From the NCBI GenBank assembly GCA_951406725.2, contig OX597828.1, positions 63,674,001-63,738,000 of the forward strand: a stretch of DNA of 64,000 nucleotides, written 5' to 3'. Made by a program: the position numbers and the translations under genes. Shown piece after piece: positions 28,724-43,094 of the stretch (within the stretch, counting starts at the first letter, position 1; the number at the start of each line of letters is the position of its first letter). The notes beneath the pieces are model-generated. The model made no database searches. It saw only the letters and a program-made list of their open reading frames with translations, and was not told the origin of the DNA. The stretch comes from Octopus vulgaris (Eukaryota).

Positions 28724-29861
28724 AGAGGAAGAGAGAGAGATGGGGGGGAATGGTACACAAAACACACACACACACACACACTCAACCACACACGCGCGCA
28801 CCCACACACTCACTCAAGCACATATACAGACACTGTCTGCGAGGTCCAGTCACATTGTTCATTTTTCAAGAACACATATGTATATATATTTATGTGTATG
28901 TATGTATTGTATACATGGTTTCATATGTACACTCGCTAATGCTTATATATGGATGCATATGTACAGTCGCATAAACAAAAAATATAAATGCACGCATACA
29001 TACATACTTATACACACGCGCACACGAATGGATACTTGCGCGCGTGCACACACACACACAAACACGCACACATACACTCGCACATACACACGGACACACA
29101 CACAGAATGACGTCTAGTGTAAGAAGGCGATAATCAGGTTCGCTAATGAAATCCATTCCTTGAGGTCAGACGCAATAGCTGCTTATTACCTGTCAAAGAT
29201 CCTCTCCCTAGGGTATTGAAAATAGAGCAAGGCTGGGGCATAACACCTCATATCATTGTGCACTAGTCCAACGCCTGTCAGTTTTACTCCCGCAATTTTT
29301 GGAAATTACTCATTAATTATACATTGGAAAGATCTGGAACTAAATACTCTGCTGTTGTACAAAGACAGTTTAACTAAAAATAGTCGTTAATCATTTCTCA
29401 TTAACAACTATTTAAATACTTGTTGATTTTTACAATTGCAATGGTTAACGAAGTGCTCCTTGCCAATTTTTACGATTTTCTAGAAATAAAATAGATACAC
29501 GTTATGTCTTTAAATGGAAATATTCGGTTATAATACTCGTTCTAGTTTCGTGGAATTCTCAGCTTTTTTCTGTATATTTAAATAGAGAAACAATTTATTT
29601 AAATACAGATGAAATATATTTGAAAGGTAAAGAATATATACGTCAAAAATCAGTTGTAAACTACAGAAATACTTTAGTTTTTTAAGTAAATCTAATTTTG
29701 AGAAATTTGCAAAATTTGCGAAGCTAATTTGAACTGCATACTTTTTCACTCCTATTTTCCTTTACTTAAAATTGACAATATGATGAAGGGAAATAATCTG
29801 AAACGTCATCTTTTCTAAATCTTCAGCATACACTAACTGGATTAATTAAATAATCGGCGAA

Positions 29862-30470
29862 GTTTCGTTTGTCGTAGCACACGTTTCCGTCGATTTCCGT
29901 AAAAAACTTTTATTTTTTTACATATGGCTTTGCGGGAATATTTGAAGTAACGAGAGCGAATAGGAAGCGATTTTATGACGAGGGAATTTCTTTTGAAGTC
30001 CCCGTGCGTGTGTTTGATGGGGTGTGGGAGACAGACAGTATGTTGTGTAAGTGAAGTGCTTCTGTTAGTGTGTGTGAAGAGACAGAGTAATGTGTGAAAG
30101 AGAGAGATAACTGAAATTTTTTACTCGGTGTTTGTGTATATGTATGTGTGTGTGTGTATGTATCTATGTGTGTGTGTGTGTATGTATGTGTGTGTGTATG
30201 TATGTGTGTGTGTGTAAGCATGTGTGTGTGTGTATGTATGTATGTATGGCCGATTCAGTGTAATTTTTTACTCGGTGTATGTGTATATGTATGTCTGCAT
30301 GTATGTGTGTGTGTGTGTATGTATCTATGTATGTGTGTGTGTGTATGTATGTGTGTATGTATGTATGTGTGTATGTATGTATGTATGTATGTATGTATGT
30401 ATGTATGGCCGATTCAGTGTTTACATTTTTTACGGAAATAGACGGAAACGTGTGCTACGACAAACGAAAC
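29862..30470. repeat. 45-bp inverted repeat (1 mismatch) enclosing a TG/ATGT microsatellite with short internal direct repeats
   Basis: 29862-29906 GTTTCGTTTGTCGTAGCACACGTTTCCGTCGATTTCCGTAAAAAA versus 30426-30470. Probably the internal part of a non-autonomous DNA transposon. Confidence 0.8.
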
Positions 30471-31178
30471 ATTGCCAAATAGTCCAAATAATCTTTAGAT
30501 CGAAGGCAAAAGCTTTAGGACTAAAGCTCAGATATGGATGACCGATGTCGGCGGTAAAAGGATATTTGTCCAAAATGACTGCCAAACGAACATTTTAGCC
30601 GGTGTTACAAGTATCCAAACATGCATGCATGCATATATGTATGTCTGTGTGTATATAAATATAAAAATAATCATATACATATATAATCATCTATCTTTCA
30701 AATATATATAAATGCAATTTTATTTATGTCACACATACATATATATATATATTTATATACAACTATACATACATATGTATATATCACATATAAAATTATA
30801 TGGGTACTTATGTACATAAGTATATGCCTTATCCCTGCATACATAGGGCACCTCCCCACCCCAAGACATATATTCATCAAACTAAGACAGCTTTAGCCGG
30901 ATATTAACTCTCAGATGTCAACCCGGTTTTCATAATTTTCCGCTAATCACATAACTCCTTTTCTCTCTATGTGTATGTATATGTGTGTGCATCTGTGTGT
31001 GTGAATGTGTGTGTGTGTGTGTGTGTGTACACATACGTGCGTGCATCAAAGTAAGTATGTTTACATACTATGTATGTGTATGTATATACATGCATACATG
31101 TCCACTTACAGGGAGACAAACGCGCCAACACATTTATAATATTCAAGTATACACACACACACTCATATATATATACAA

Positions 31179-31219
<41 letters not shown>

Positions 31220-31277
31220 CATACACACACAAATATATATGTATATATATAATGTGTGTGTGTATATATATACATAC

Positions 31278-31356
<79 letters not shown>

Positions 31357-32050
31357 CGGGGAGAAAGACGCAAATACTATATGTACACACAACTCTCACC
31401 CAATCACTTTAAATATATATATATATGCATGTGTGTGTATGTATAGATATATGTATGTGTATATATATATATATGTATGTATATGTGTTTGTGTGTGTGT
31501 ATATATGTGTATACATATATGCAAATATAGTTATATACATATGCACTTGTATATATGCGTATATGTATATACACACGTATCTATGTCTGACTGTCTTTAT
31601 GTATGTGTGTAAAATCAGCCAGGAAATGCCAGCAACATCATGTTCCTGCTGCTGCTGCTGCTGCTGCTCCTCCTCCTTCTCCTCCTCCTCCTCCTCCACC
31701 ACCTCCTCCTCCACCTCCACCACCACCACCACCACCACCACCACCACCTCCTCCTCCTCCTCCTCCTCCTCCTCCTCCTCCTCCATATCTTTTGTAGTTT
31801 TTTGCTTTCTCTCCGAAACTTGAAACAATCAAAGAGAAGAACCAAAGCGAAAATGGTGAAGGAACCACTTCGAGATAATTCCTTGATGTTTGCTTCTTTC
31901 GACGTGTCACTGCCGTTTGATTGAGCGACAGAATCCTCTTTGGAACGTTACAATGTTTTTCTTAAAACTCTGGCACAGCTGATTGCTGGAATTACTGCCA
32001 TTCCATCGGCAGCATCTCCAATTAAATACCTCAAGTGCTCTTTACACTCC

Positions 32051-32089
32051 ATGTCTTGTGGTCTTCTAAATTACTCTAGTGTCAAACAG
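32051..32089 (+). CDS. Candidate alternative first coding exon (MSCGLLNYSSVKQ), ends in phase 0
   Basis: ATG at 32051, 13 codons, CAG|GTAATT donor, at the end of a unique block that follows trinucleotide runs. Confidence 0.3.
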
Positions 32090-32691
32090 GTAATTGAGAA
32101 GTTTGTGCTTTGTGACAGCGGCGGCGGTAGTGTTGTTGTTGTTGCTGTTGTTGTTGTTGTTGTTGTTGTTGGCGGTGGTGGTGGTGGTGGTGGTGGTGGT
32201 GGTAATAGAGATATTTCTAAAATTTTTGTTTTTGGTTATTTCACCCCGTTTCGTTATTTATTTATGTATTTATTATTGTTATTTTTTGTTCAGTGATGAC
32301 TTCATTTGATACATCCAGAGGAATGCGATTGCGGTGGTTGTAGTGATGGTATCATTGTTGTTGTTGTTGTTGTTGAACCATCCCAGGTTATATGTGTATA
32401 TATAAAGACACATATATATGTGTGTGTGCGCACACACATACATTTATATATTACATGTGCATATATATGAATATATATATATATATTATGATATGTAAAA
32501 AAAATACAAACTGTGACAAGAACGCATAACACTTAGAAGACGATACAACAAACACAGACAGGACATTCGAAGCCCTCAGTCTTCAGTCAAGAACCGGATC
32601 ATCGTAGTAATTTCGGCTGATTAATCTTGAGATTACTAGATCCGGCCAGCCCTCCAGGAAAAACTAAGCAACGAGCATTAGAAAAACTAAG

Positions 32692-32726
<35 letters not shown>

Positions 32727-32727
<1 letters not shown>

Positions 32728-32908
32728 TGTTGTGTCTGGGGAGAGTCATTTTCTTTTTGTGCCTTATGATGTGACACACTCATCGGTAAAATTTCCACTT
32801 TTTTCTTATTTACATTTTCCTAAAATTTTCGTTGCGTCTTGCAACCTTTTCAATAGTCTTGACTATTATAAGGCACAAAAAGAAAATGACTCTCCCCAGA
32901 CACAATAG
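32727..32908. mobile_element. Short inverted-pair insertion beside (TA)n, with an HHR-like motif on the minus strand (32819-32858)
   Basis: 41-bp arms at 32727-32767 and 32868-32908 (1 mismatch). Minus strand reads CUA UUGAAAA G GUUGC-aagac-GCAAC GAAAAUUU UAG. Confidence 0.65.
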
Positions 32909-33129
32909 AATATATTTCAACACACGAACTCATATATAGAATCTTGCAAACCAAATCCAAAAACGAATTATATATATATATATATATAAAGAGAGAGAGA
33001 GAGAGAGAGATGCAAATACATATACTTAAATATATGCATCTTTACACACTCACATGCATACATACCACATGATCAAGTTATCGACCACCTTTCGAATGAT
33101 GGCACCCCACTGCCAATGCGATCAGGGTA

Positions 33130-33312
33130 ATATTACCACTGATCAGAAAGCTAGTCTGTAGCAGAGTTACCCATTCGCAGTTAGGAGGATTGGAGCAACG
33201 TGGAATGAAGTGTTTTGCTCAAGAACACAATGTGCCTCTCGGTCCGGAATCGAACACTCGATTACTGGATCATGAGCGCAACACCCTAACCACTAGGCCA
33301 TGCGCCTTCACA
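33130..33312 (-). mobile_element. SINE family C
   Basis: Minus strand GGCGCATGGCCTAGTGGTTAGGGTGTTG...GTTCGATTCCGG...TGTGTTCTTGAGCAAAACACTT. Confidence 0.75.
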
Positions 33313-34206
33313 CACGCGCGCGAGCGTACCGTTAAGCATTTTGTCCGGAGTGCTAACCATTCTACCAGTTTCACACTTTTTTTAATGATAATATTTTCTA
33401 CTATAGGTACAAGGCCTGAAATCTTGTGGGAGGGGACTAATCGATTACATCGACCACAGAACGTAACTGGTACTTATTTCATCGACTCTGAAAGGATGAA
33501 AGGAAAAATTCACTGTAGACAGATGGACTTGTAAAACAAGCACAGGTGAACCAGAAATGGAATGATGAGTCTTTGTACAATAGGGGATCGATAATAATTG
33601 AATAAATTCCAATGATTTCTCATATTGAACTCTCAATGAAACTCAGTTCGGTGCTCCACCAATTTTTATTACCGGTCGCCATCTTTAATATGAATATTAG
33701 CATTAAAAAATGAAAATGATACCATAAATAATACTTTTAATGCGTACGTGAGGTGGATCGAGTGAAAGTACTTTGTTCTTGGTCATTGAACGTCAAGTGA
33801 GGTTCTAGTGTCTTGATCCCACAGGGTCAAGTATCACATGCTGTTACAAGTGAACACCTGTGACTGACGGGAGCGAGTGATATGATTGGCTTCGTGGATT
33901 TTAAGGCTTTAGATTCAGAATTTAATCACTCATCGATATTCAAACTGAACGAGCAATATGGAGTAATCGACGAGGTGGATGGAAGCAGATTTAAGTGGAT
34001 CGAAACCGTAACCGGACATGTCTCCGCCCCCCCCCTTTATGTGACGCTCCTTATCACTCACTCACCTTCACTGTCTCTTTTCCTTTCATTCTCTTCTTAT
34101 CTATACCTCTGTGTGTGTGTGTATATATATATAAACACACACATTACACTTACATACATGCATACGTACATACATACATACATACATACATACATACATA
34201 CATACA

Positions 34207-34240
<34 letters not shown>

Positions 34241-34494
34241 AAGATAGAGAAGGGTAGGGAGAGCACAGAGACAAAGAGAGTGAGACACATATAAATATGG
34301 CTCCGATAACCGCCAAAATTAATGATTGCTTTAAGAAGCCAAGAGAAAGAAAGATTAAACTGAGAAGCTTTCGTATCAAAGGAATTGAACAACATCTTTG
34401 GAATCATGCGGAACAGGCGCACGTGTGTGAGTGTGTGCGCACGCGTGTACGCATGTATATTCATCGCTATCTCTCTCTTTCTCTCCCTCTCTAT

Positions 34495-34601
<107 letters not shown>

Positions 34602-34617
34602 ATATATGTATATGTGA

Positions 34618-34681
<64 letters not shown>

Positions 34682-34972
34682 TTATACATACATACACGTA
34701 CACACACGTGTGCCTATATATCCATTTCTCTATATGTATATGTAATATCTGGGGAGATGAAGAACACTTGGTTCCATGTACCGCGTGTTTCCCCACCAGA
34801 ATACTTCGCCGGTCTTTCCACCGTTTAAAGAACTTCTTTTGTACTCCATAAATGTCCATTTGGTAAAGTTGGTCTTTAAGTGGAAGGAACATTATTAATG
34901 TGTGGTATGTCGGTTTTAAATAAAATAAAATGGCCCCTAGAGTCGAGAAGAGGGTTGGAGAGAACGAGAAAG

Positions 34973-35025
<53 letters not shown>

Positions 35026-35254
35026 TGGAAAAGAATGATGAAAAGGGGAGATGCAAAAAGACAGGAGAGAGGCGGGAGATGGGTTGAGGTGGGGGGGAAT
35101 GAGGAAAGATGGTGAGAGATAAATCCTTGTAAGATAGTCGAGTTCTTAAGTGAGTTAACGCCGTGGAATGATGCAGACACCGTGTGTGGCCAAAAACGAA
35201 TAAGCGGAAGTAATGTGCTCAAGATTTTAAAAGTCGTATGAGCATAAGAATATG

Positions 35255-35294
<40 letters not shown>

Positions 35295-35363
35295 CATGTG
35301 TGTGTTTTTACATATGTGTGCGTACGTATATTTATGTAAAAAATGTATATATAATTGTACGTG

Positions 35364-35452
<89 letters not shown>

Positions 35453-35771
35453 TATATATGTATATATATGTTGTATATATACATAGTTGAAGACGGGAAG
35501 GATGTATATGACAGGGCACAGAAAGTGTGTCTATGGCCAGCTGGAGGAGTGTGTCCTCCTGGGGCTAAAAACTACAGTAGCATCCACCCTTAGGGGTTAG
35601 CCATATTGAAATGGCAAATATATGTCACGATATATATATATATATATATGTATATAATATATACATATATATGATATATATAATGTATATATATATATAT
35701 ATACATTTGTTTCTGTGCTCTCCTGCCCTTCTCTATCTTTATACATATTATATAATGTATATACATATATA

Positions 35772-35808
<37 letters not shown>

Positions 35809-35810
<2 letters not shown>

Positions 35811-35991
35811 GGAGTAAACACATAAATGTGAAACAAGGTGGAAAAAAGAGTACTCAAATACCAGTGGTAGAGTAATATGCTTTATTTTAAGCAGCAGAAA
35901 ATTCAACAAAATCTGTTACTCTGAGTTTCTCGTTGCCGTTCATGAACTCAGAGTAACAGATTTTGTTGAATTTTCTGCTGCTTAAAATAAA

Positions 35992-35992
<1 letters not shown>
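35809..35992. mobile_element. Insertion within (TA)n containing a perfect 48-bp hairpin and a truncated HHR-like core
   Basis: Arms 35880-35927 and 35945-35992 are exact reverse complements. The minus strand across the loop reads AUGA ACG-GCAA-CGA GAAA CUC-A-GAG UA ACAG. Confidence 0.7.
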
Positions 35993-36037
<45 letters not shown>

Positions 36038-36521
36038 GACGGGCTTCTTTCAGTTTCCGTCTACCAAATCCACTCACAAGGCTTTGGTCAGACCAAGGCT
36101 GCCCATGTGGTTGGTAAGCAAACTACTTACCACACAGCCACTCCTGCGCATATATGTATGTATAATATATCTGTGTATATAAATATTGATATATATTCAT
36201 GTTATGTATACATTGACACACACACACACACACACATATATATATTCGGCTCTAGTTTATGTGTGTGTGTGTGTGTGTTTGTATATGAACATGTATACGT
36301 GTGCACAAATGTAGGCCGCATAGCTTATAAATACAATTCATAACTTTGTGTGCAAACGTATTGAATCCCTTTTTATTTAATGATTCTTTTTCACGTCCAG
36401 ACTGAAATGGTATGTCTTTTAGCTTTTGCTTGTCCTAGACATTAGACTGCGGCCATGCAGGGACTCACATAAATAAGTACATATATGCATATATATACAT
36501 GTGTGTGTGTGTGTGTGTGTG

Positions 36522-36968
<447 letters not shown>

Positions 36969-36969
36969 C

Positions 36970-37040
<71 letters not shown>

Positions 37041-37305
37041 CATACATACATACATACATACATACGTACATACATACAGGAATAATTAAGATTTAGTTGA
37101 ATTAAGTACTTAAGTTGAGACACCGAATGAGTCTGGTATTGTTCGCACAGCTCGGTACAACAAGTGATGGATAATAGTTCATTCACTACGGCCGTTTCAA
37201 CGAGTTCTTTTTATTGATGAATACAGATATTGCATCATGAAACAACCGTTTTCATCAGGTGAATATACACGAATTACACATTTATCATTTTGGTATACGA
37301 GCACT

Positions 37306-37352
<47 letters not shown>

Positions 37353-38152
37353 GCATGTATGCCTAAATCTTAAAACTTTATGGCTAGAATTGGTAGATCT
37401 TGCTGGAATTAGTGAAGGTGGCTACACGTAAGTATGAGATGCTGTAACACCGACCAGAGAAGTGGTGACAAATACAATGGGATAGCTATAGAGATGGACG
37501 TAGACAAGTTGCGAAGGAGTGGAGTGTTTGCTGTTCGAGAGAGGACAAGCGAAGATACTCAGTTTGTTCGATGTAAGATTTAGAAACGCTGCCAACATTT
37601 GATATGATGTTATTACGACAGAGAGAACGCTCGAAACAACAGAGTGTAAGTGGAGTACAGCAGTTACATGTAAGAGAAAGGATTATATTACTATTGTTGG
37701 TTCCAATTTTGAAATGAAAACTGGCGAAGTTTGTATTTATGTAGCTTGCCTTCATTATACTTCTGTTAAGAATCTTATGATTAATTGGACAATGTAGAAA
37801 AATAGGAAGAAAATTGGAATTCAATTTAAGAAATCTTTTGCGAAATTGTACGTTCGCACCACATACTGGGTTTTAACATAAAATATTTATTGATCTATAT
37901 TTTACACTTGTAAACATTAAAGCGATTCATGTATGTCGTTTAATTTGTAAATTGAATACTATAAAGTGTCGCCTTATAAAAATTGGAAACACAAAGAAGT
38001 TGTACGCTTAAGGATGCTGTGGGATATGTTTTTAGAATAACAAGTGTCAGTTCGGATTTCTATTTAAATAAGGTAGTATTTCGTTAGGTTTTTAGTAACT
38101 GTAGGAGATCGTAGCAACGATTTCTGTATGTGGCATGAATGCTAACACATAC

Positions 38153-38212
<60 letters not shown>

Positions 38213-38382
38213 ATTTACACATTTATGTACACACATACACGTATGGGAAGGGAGAGATATGTGGGGGTGAGCTAATTAAATGGCCAGCGTATATGATAAG
38301 ATTTGGTAAAGAGAAACACAAAATCCATACATGCATATATACATATACTCGCATATGTGTGTGTGTGTATATATATATAAAT

Positions 38383-38455
<73 letters not shown>

Positions 38456-38673
38456 ATGAATATATGCATTATATATTTTATATATATGTATGTATACATT
38501 CACACATACATATAGATACACATATATACATATATATATACATATGTGTGTATCCGTGTGGGAGGAGAGACAGAGAAAGTGGTGGAGGGACATATATATT
38601 CTATGTGTGTGTATATGTGCATTTACGCTTAAAGGGTGTATATATGTACGAGCGAGAGAATACAGAATGCGCC

Positions 38674-38732
<59 letters not shown>

Positions 38733-39173
38733 CAGACAGACATACAGATATAAAATAGAGTGGTGTGAATGTGACTTCCCGACCTTTCGCTACTAACGAT
38801 ATTCGCTTGCTCTGTTTCTGGCCGCCATATTAGTCTGTCAAGTATGCCATTGTCAATTCAGTAAATAAGATACTTGAGGCATGTAAAGTACTTAATTGTT
38901 TTGATCAAGTGTTGTCAGGTCGCGGCTGTAAACGGGATACGAACCCATGGAACACAAAATTCCTCAATTGCTTGTTGAGAGCCAAGGCATCCGGGATACA
39001 TCAACTTTTCGGTCAACGGCCCGCCTCCACACTTGAGGGCTGACGTGCTCGCTCTAACTACTTAAAAGAAAGAATAGCCAAATTCTTTTCAAATCGCAAT
39101 CTGCGCGTCTTAAAAAGTAATTGATATACAGGAAAATAACATTTTTTCATGTATATATATATATATATATATA

Positions 39174-40297
39174 ACGGGAAGCTTTACGAAAATAAACAAA
39201 AGACGAAGGCAGGTGGAGTACAAACAAACAATTGTATTAGTATGGCGTCATGAATAGAAATAAAACAAGTCTTTTACGTTTCGAGCCTACGCTCTTCAAC
39301 AGAAAGATACACAGAAAAGAAACACGGAGAGAAACAAGGAGAGAAAAAATGCGTGCAGGAGCTAACGATTCAACATGGCGGTCTGGTTTCGGCCAGAAGT
39401 CAGAGATCAGACGTTAGATGCAAGAGGGATAGTAGGGGAGATAACAGGGTCAAATGACCTCGCCTCAACATAAGGGTGCGTGTGTGTATGAGAGAGTATG
39501 TATGTGCGTATGAAAGGTCTGGACGTGTGTATGTATGTATGATGTGATGTGTAATGTCGTATGGTGTAGTGTAGTGTGGTGTGATGTTGTGGGGAGGTGG
39601 GGAAAGCCCATGTGGGGTGTAGGTTCGGCTGGGGGTTGGGGTAGAGTGGGCGTTGTGGGGAGAGTGAAAGGGGGAGAGAAGAGAGAGGAGTGGAGGAGAG
39701 AAGAGAGATGAGGGGGAGGGGAGAGATGAGATGAGGGGGAGAGGGGAGGAGGAGGAGGGAGGGGATGAGATGAGGGGGAGAGGGGGGAAGAAGGAAGGAG
39801 AGGAGAGGGAATGGGAGGGGGAGAGGGGGAGGGGAGAGGGAGAGAAGGGGAGTGAGGGAGCAGAGAGAAAGAGTGAAGGGGAAGAGGGAAGAAGAAAGAG
39901 GAAAGAAGAGGAGGGAAAGAGAGTAGGGGTGAAAAGATGAAGGACTGAAGAGAAGTAGGAGTAGGGGGGAGATTAGATGATAGGGGGGAGAGTTGAGACC
40001 AAATGGCGTAAAAGAGCGAAGAGAGAAGATTAATCCTTGTTCACGGCGCAAACGGGAATCCGGATGGCCTCTGTGCAAGGACAATCCGAACACAGACAGG
40101 TGTTGCAAGGAGTGACCGGTGGAGCGGAAATGGCGTGAGACTAGTGTGTCGTTGGCAAGGCGGATGTCACGGAGGTGTTCCGCGAACCGGTCAGCCAAGC
40201 GGCGTCCCGTTTGTCCGATGTACAGGGAATGGCAGAGAGAGCAATAGATGCAATAGATGATATTGCTGGAGGTGCAGGTGAAGGAGTTGATGATGCG
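39174..40297 (-). mobile_element. 5'-truncated Penelope-like retroelement: GIY-YIG endonuclease region plus 3' tail with HHR motif
   Basis: 40297-39990 translates without stops as [46 protein letters not shown]...VSRHF...RLRREQGLIFSLRSFTPFGLN. Flanked by (TA)n on both sides. Confidence 0.9.
39270..39307 (-). ncRNA. Minimal hammerhead-like motif, A6-to-U core variant
   Basis: UCUUU CUGUUGA A GAGC-GUAG-GCUC GAAAC GUA AAAGA: stem I 5 bp, stem II 4 bp, palindromic ACGU helix III. Confidence 0.6.
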
Positions 40298-40308
40298 ATA
40301 TATATATA

Positions 40309-40406
<98 letters not shown>

Positions 40407-40411
40407 TGTGG

Positions 40412-40615
40412 AGACGCAATGGCCCATTGGTTAGGTCAGTGGACTCGCGGTTGTAGGATTGCGGTTTCGATTCCCCGACCGGGCGTTGTGAGTGTTTATT
40501 AAGCAAAAATACCTAAATGCTCCACGAGGTTCAGGCAGGGGGTGGTGGTGATCCCTGTTGTACTCTTTCGCCACAATTTTCTTTCACTCTTTCTTATGTT
40601 GGCCTGCTCGCTTAA
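40412..40615 (+). mobile_element. tRNA-derived SINE, fourth family
   Basis: TGGCCCATTGGTTAGG A-box-like and GGTTTCGATTCC B-box-like motifs, followed by a body unrelated to families A-C. Single copy in the window. Confidence 0.6.
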
Positions 40616-40760
40616 GAAAAGAAAGGGGGTTTGCTATTTACCGCACGCTTACACGGACACCCCGGCCTTCCGACTGACTTTGGAGTACCTAATTCGCGCA
40701 ATTCTTTCTACCATCGGATTACATTACCTTATTCCTTCGGAATACGCCATTTCTGCACCT

Positions 40761-40846
<86 letters not shown>

Positions 40847-40890
40847 CCACGCCTGCGACTCCCTCTTTCTTCCCCCTCTCTCGCTCCCTG

Positions 40891-40951
<61 letters not shown>

Positions 40952-40952
40952 G

Positions 40953-40993
<41 letters not shown>

Positions 40994-41355
40994 TATATGG
41001 GTGTATATATATATATATATATATACATATATATATACATGCATATATGGGTACAGGGCGTTACCAACGGTGCAAATAACATGAGATGCGTAAACAAAGG
41101 GGGGGGACGAGTGAAATACTTAAACAACGAGAAAAAATGGACACAGAAAAAAGGACCAGTTGTGGACTGTCTATCTACTCCTCATTTCGAGCATTGAGAG
41201 AGAGAGAGAGAGAGAGAGGCGCTTCACAACCACATGGTTCCGGGCTCAGTCTCACGGCGTGGCACCTTGGTCAAATGACTTCTACTATAGTTTCGAGCCG
41301 ACCAAATCCTTGTGAGTGGATTTGGTTGATGGAAACTTAAAGAATCCCATAGTGT

Positions 41356-41800
41356 TTTCCCCGGTTCTCCCAACAAAATGTCGCAGGCGATTTTTAAAAT
41401 CTGGTGCTCACTTTTCCTCAGTAGCTCTAAAATTCTTTAATCTTGCAAGCTATTTGCTTCTTCAAAGCCCAATTTCATTAACACTGTTCGCTCGTTCTCC
41501 CTCGGTAATAATCTTCATCATCTCCGAGTGCTTTGTCGCGGCCTCCTTGTCATCAGCGGTTTTACTGCTCAGTTGGCGTGTTGAGCAAATCAAAGTTCGT
41601 CGTAAACCATTCACACCATCGTTCATTATCAACAAAAGCGTTTGTATTAGTCGCTCCTTTCATCTTCTGCAAATCGCCATTTATAAACTTTAAACTTTTG
41701 CTTCAATGATCCCCATGTTCATCGTCATTTAAGGTTCGTTGTTTAACGTTTTCGCCAGTCGTTCGACTGCGCCAATTCAAATGAGCCGCTCCAGTTTAAA
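41356..41800 (-). mobile_element. Decayed Tigger/pogo-type transposase fragment
   Basis: Across stops and frameshifts: MGIIEAKV*SL; AFVDNERWCEWF..NFDLLN; LSSKTADDKEAATKHSEMMKIITEG...NEIGL; EEK*APDFK. Collinear with the HTH-to-DDE junction of TIGD-like proteins. Confidence 0.65.
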
Positions 41801-41969
41801 CATCACTTTAGAATTTACGAAAGGAAAGAAAAAAACAAAAAAGAAAGGAAGAAGGAAAAACTTCTTTACAAGTAGTGAACGGAATCACTACTTGAGTGTT
41901 TAACCTAATTTCGTCGTTATTGTGATGTATTGTCTAAAAGATAAAACGGGATCGCCACGTGTGTGTATG

Positions 41970-42035
<66 letters not shown>

Positions 42036-42535
42036 TAGATAGATAGATAGTTAGATATATGTATATATATATCTATATGTATGTATATGTGTATATATAT
42101 GTAAATATATATGTACATGAATATATATATAATGTGTATATATATATGTATACATATGTTTATGTATATGTGTATATATATATATATATGTATATGTATA
42201 TATGTATATGTATATATGTATATGTACATATATATGTACGTATATATGTATATGTATGTGTATGTATATGTATGCGTATATATGTGTATATGTAAATATC
42301 TATCTATCTCTATATATATAGGCATATGTATATGTATGTATATATATGGATATATACACACGGGACGTGTGTTACTGTAAAATATGTTTTAATTTCATTA
42401 TGTCAGTGGTCAATTTTGATAAATTGGATAAAGTCCAAATTTCTTGAATGCACTTTGACCACAGTCTGTGGGTGGTCGTCTTGTGTCCTGGTAGTGGACG
42501 GATCGAGCACATCGATATTGTAGAGCATGACATGT

Positions 42536-42788
42536 TCACTACCGTGTATGCTCTCCCTGGGTGTTCAAAACGGCCATACACCGTCGGTACGTGGAGCGGT
42601 TGAGGTGGTTCACAAAAGCCATTGGCACCTGTGCTCACACCCTGAGAAAAGCTGCCTCCAATTCCACATGAGTTGTCGACCTTGGGACCACCTGGTTCAG
42701 CCGTCCCTGGATTTCTGAGAGCCGGACATGGCATGGTTCTGATATTGTACTGAGGCAGAAAGTCCATGGTGACCCTGGCTCTATGCGA
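42536..42788 (-). mobile_element. Tc1-family transposase C-terminal remnant
   Basis: HRARVTMDFLPQYNIRTMPCPAL / EIQGRLNQVVPRSTTHVELEAAFLRV*AQVPMAFVNHLNRSTYRRCMAVLNTQGEHTR*. The SPDLNPIE segment is deleted. Confidence 0.85.
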
Positions 42789-43057
42789 CTTGAAGTCTCG
42801 CTGGCCTCTAACTTAATCCCGCCTCTTTCAGGCTTCCTCTTCTGACACACGATGAACAGCAACAACAATATGCATAAATGACATCTGAATAAAATTCGTA
42901 AGAAAAATGCCGAATATCTTTTAACGTTAGTCTCTTGGACCAAGACTGACAGTGGTCGAAACATCATCATCATCGTCGTCGTCATCATCATCACCATCAT
43001 CACCATCATCATCACCATCATCACCATCACCATCACCACCATCATCACCATCATCAC

Positions 43058-43094
<37 letters not shown>

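Noticed and set aside
31798-31878. FFAFSPKLETIKEKNQSENGEGTTSR* after TTTGTAG as a terminal exon
   Set aside because: Protein-like by eye only; short, no homology recognised, and it competes with a 5'-exon reading of the same block.
32560-32650. CUGAAGA...GAAU on the minus strand plus an adjacent hairpin as a hammerhead
   Set aside because: Stem II does not close in the correct register and GAAA is absent.
37443-37668. TGTAAC...GTTACA-bounded 226-bp segment as a solo LTR
   Set aside because: No matching TSD (ATGC versus TGTA) and no second copy in the window.
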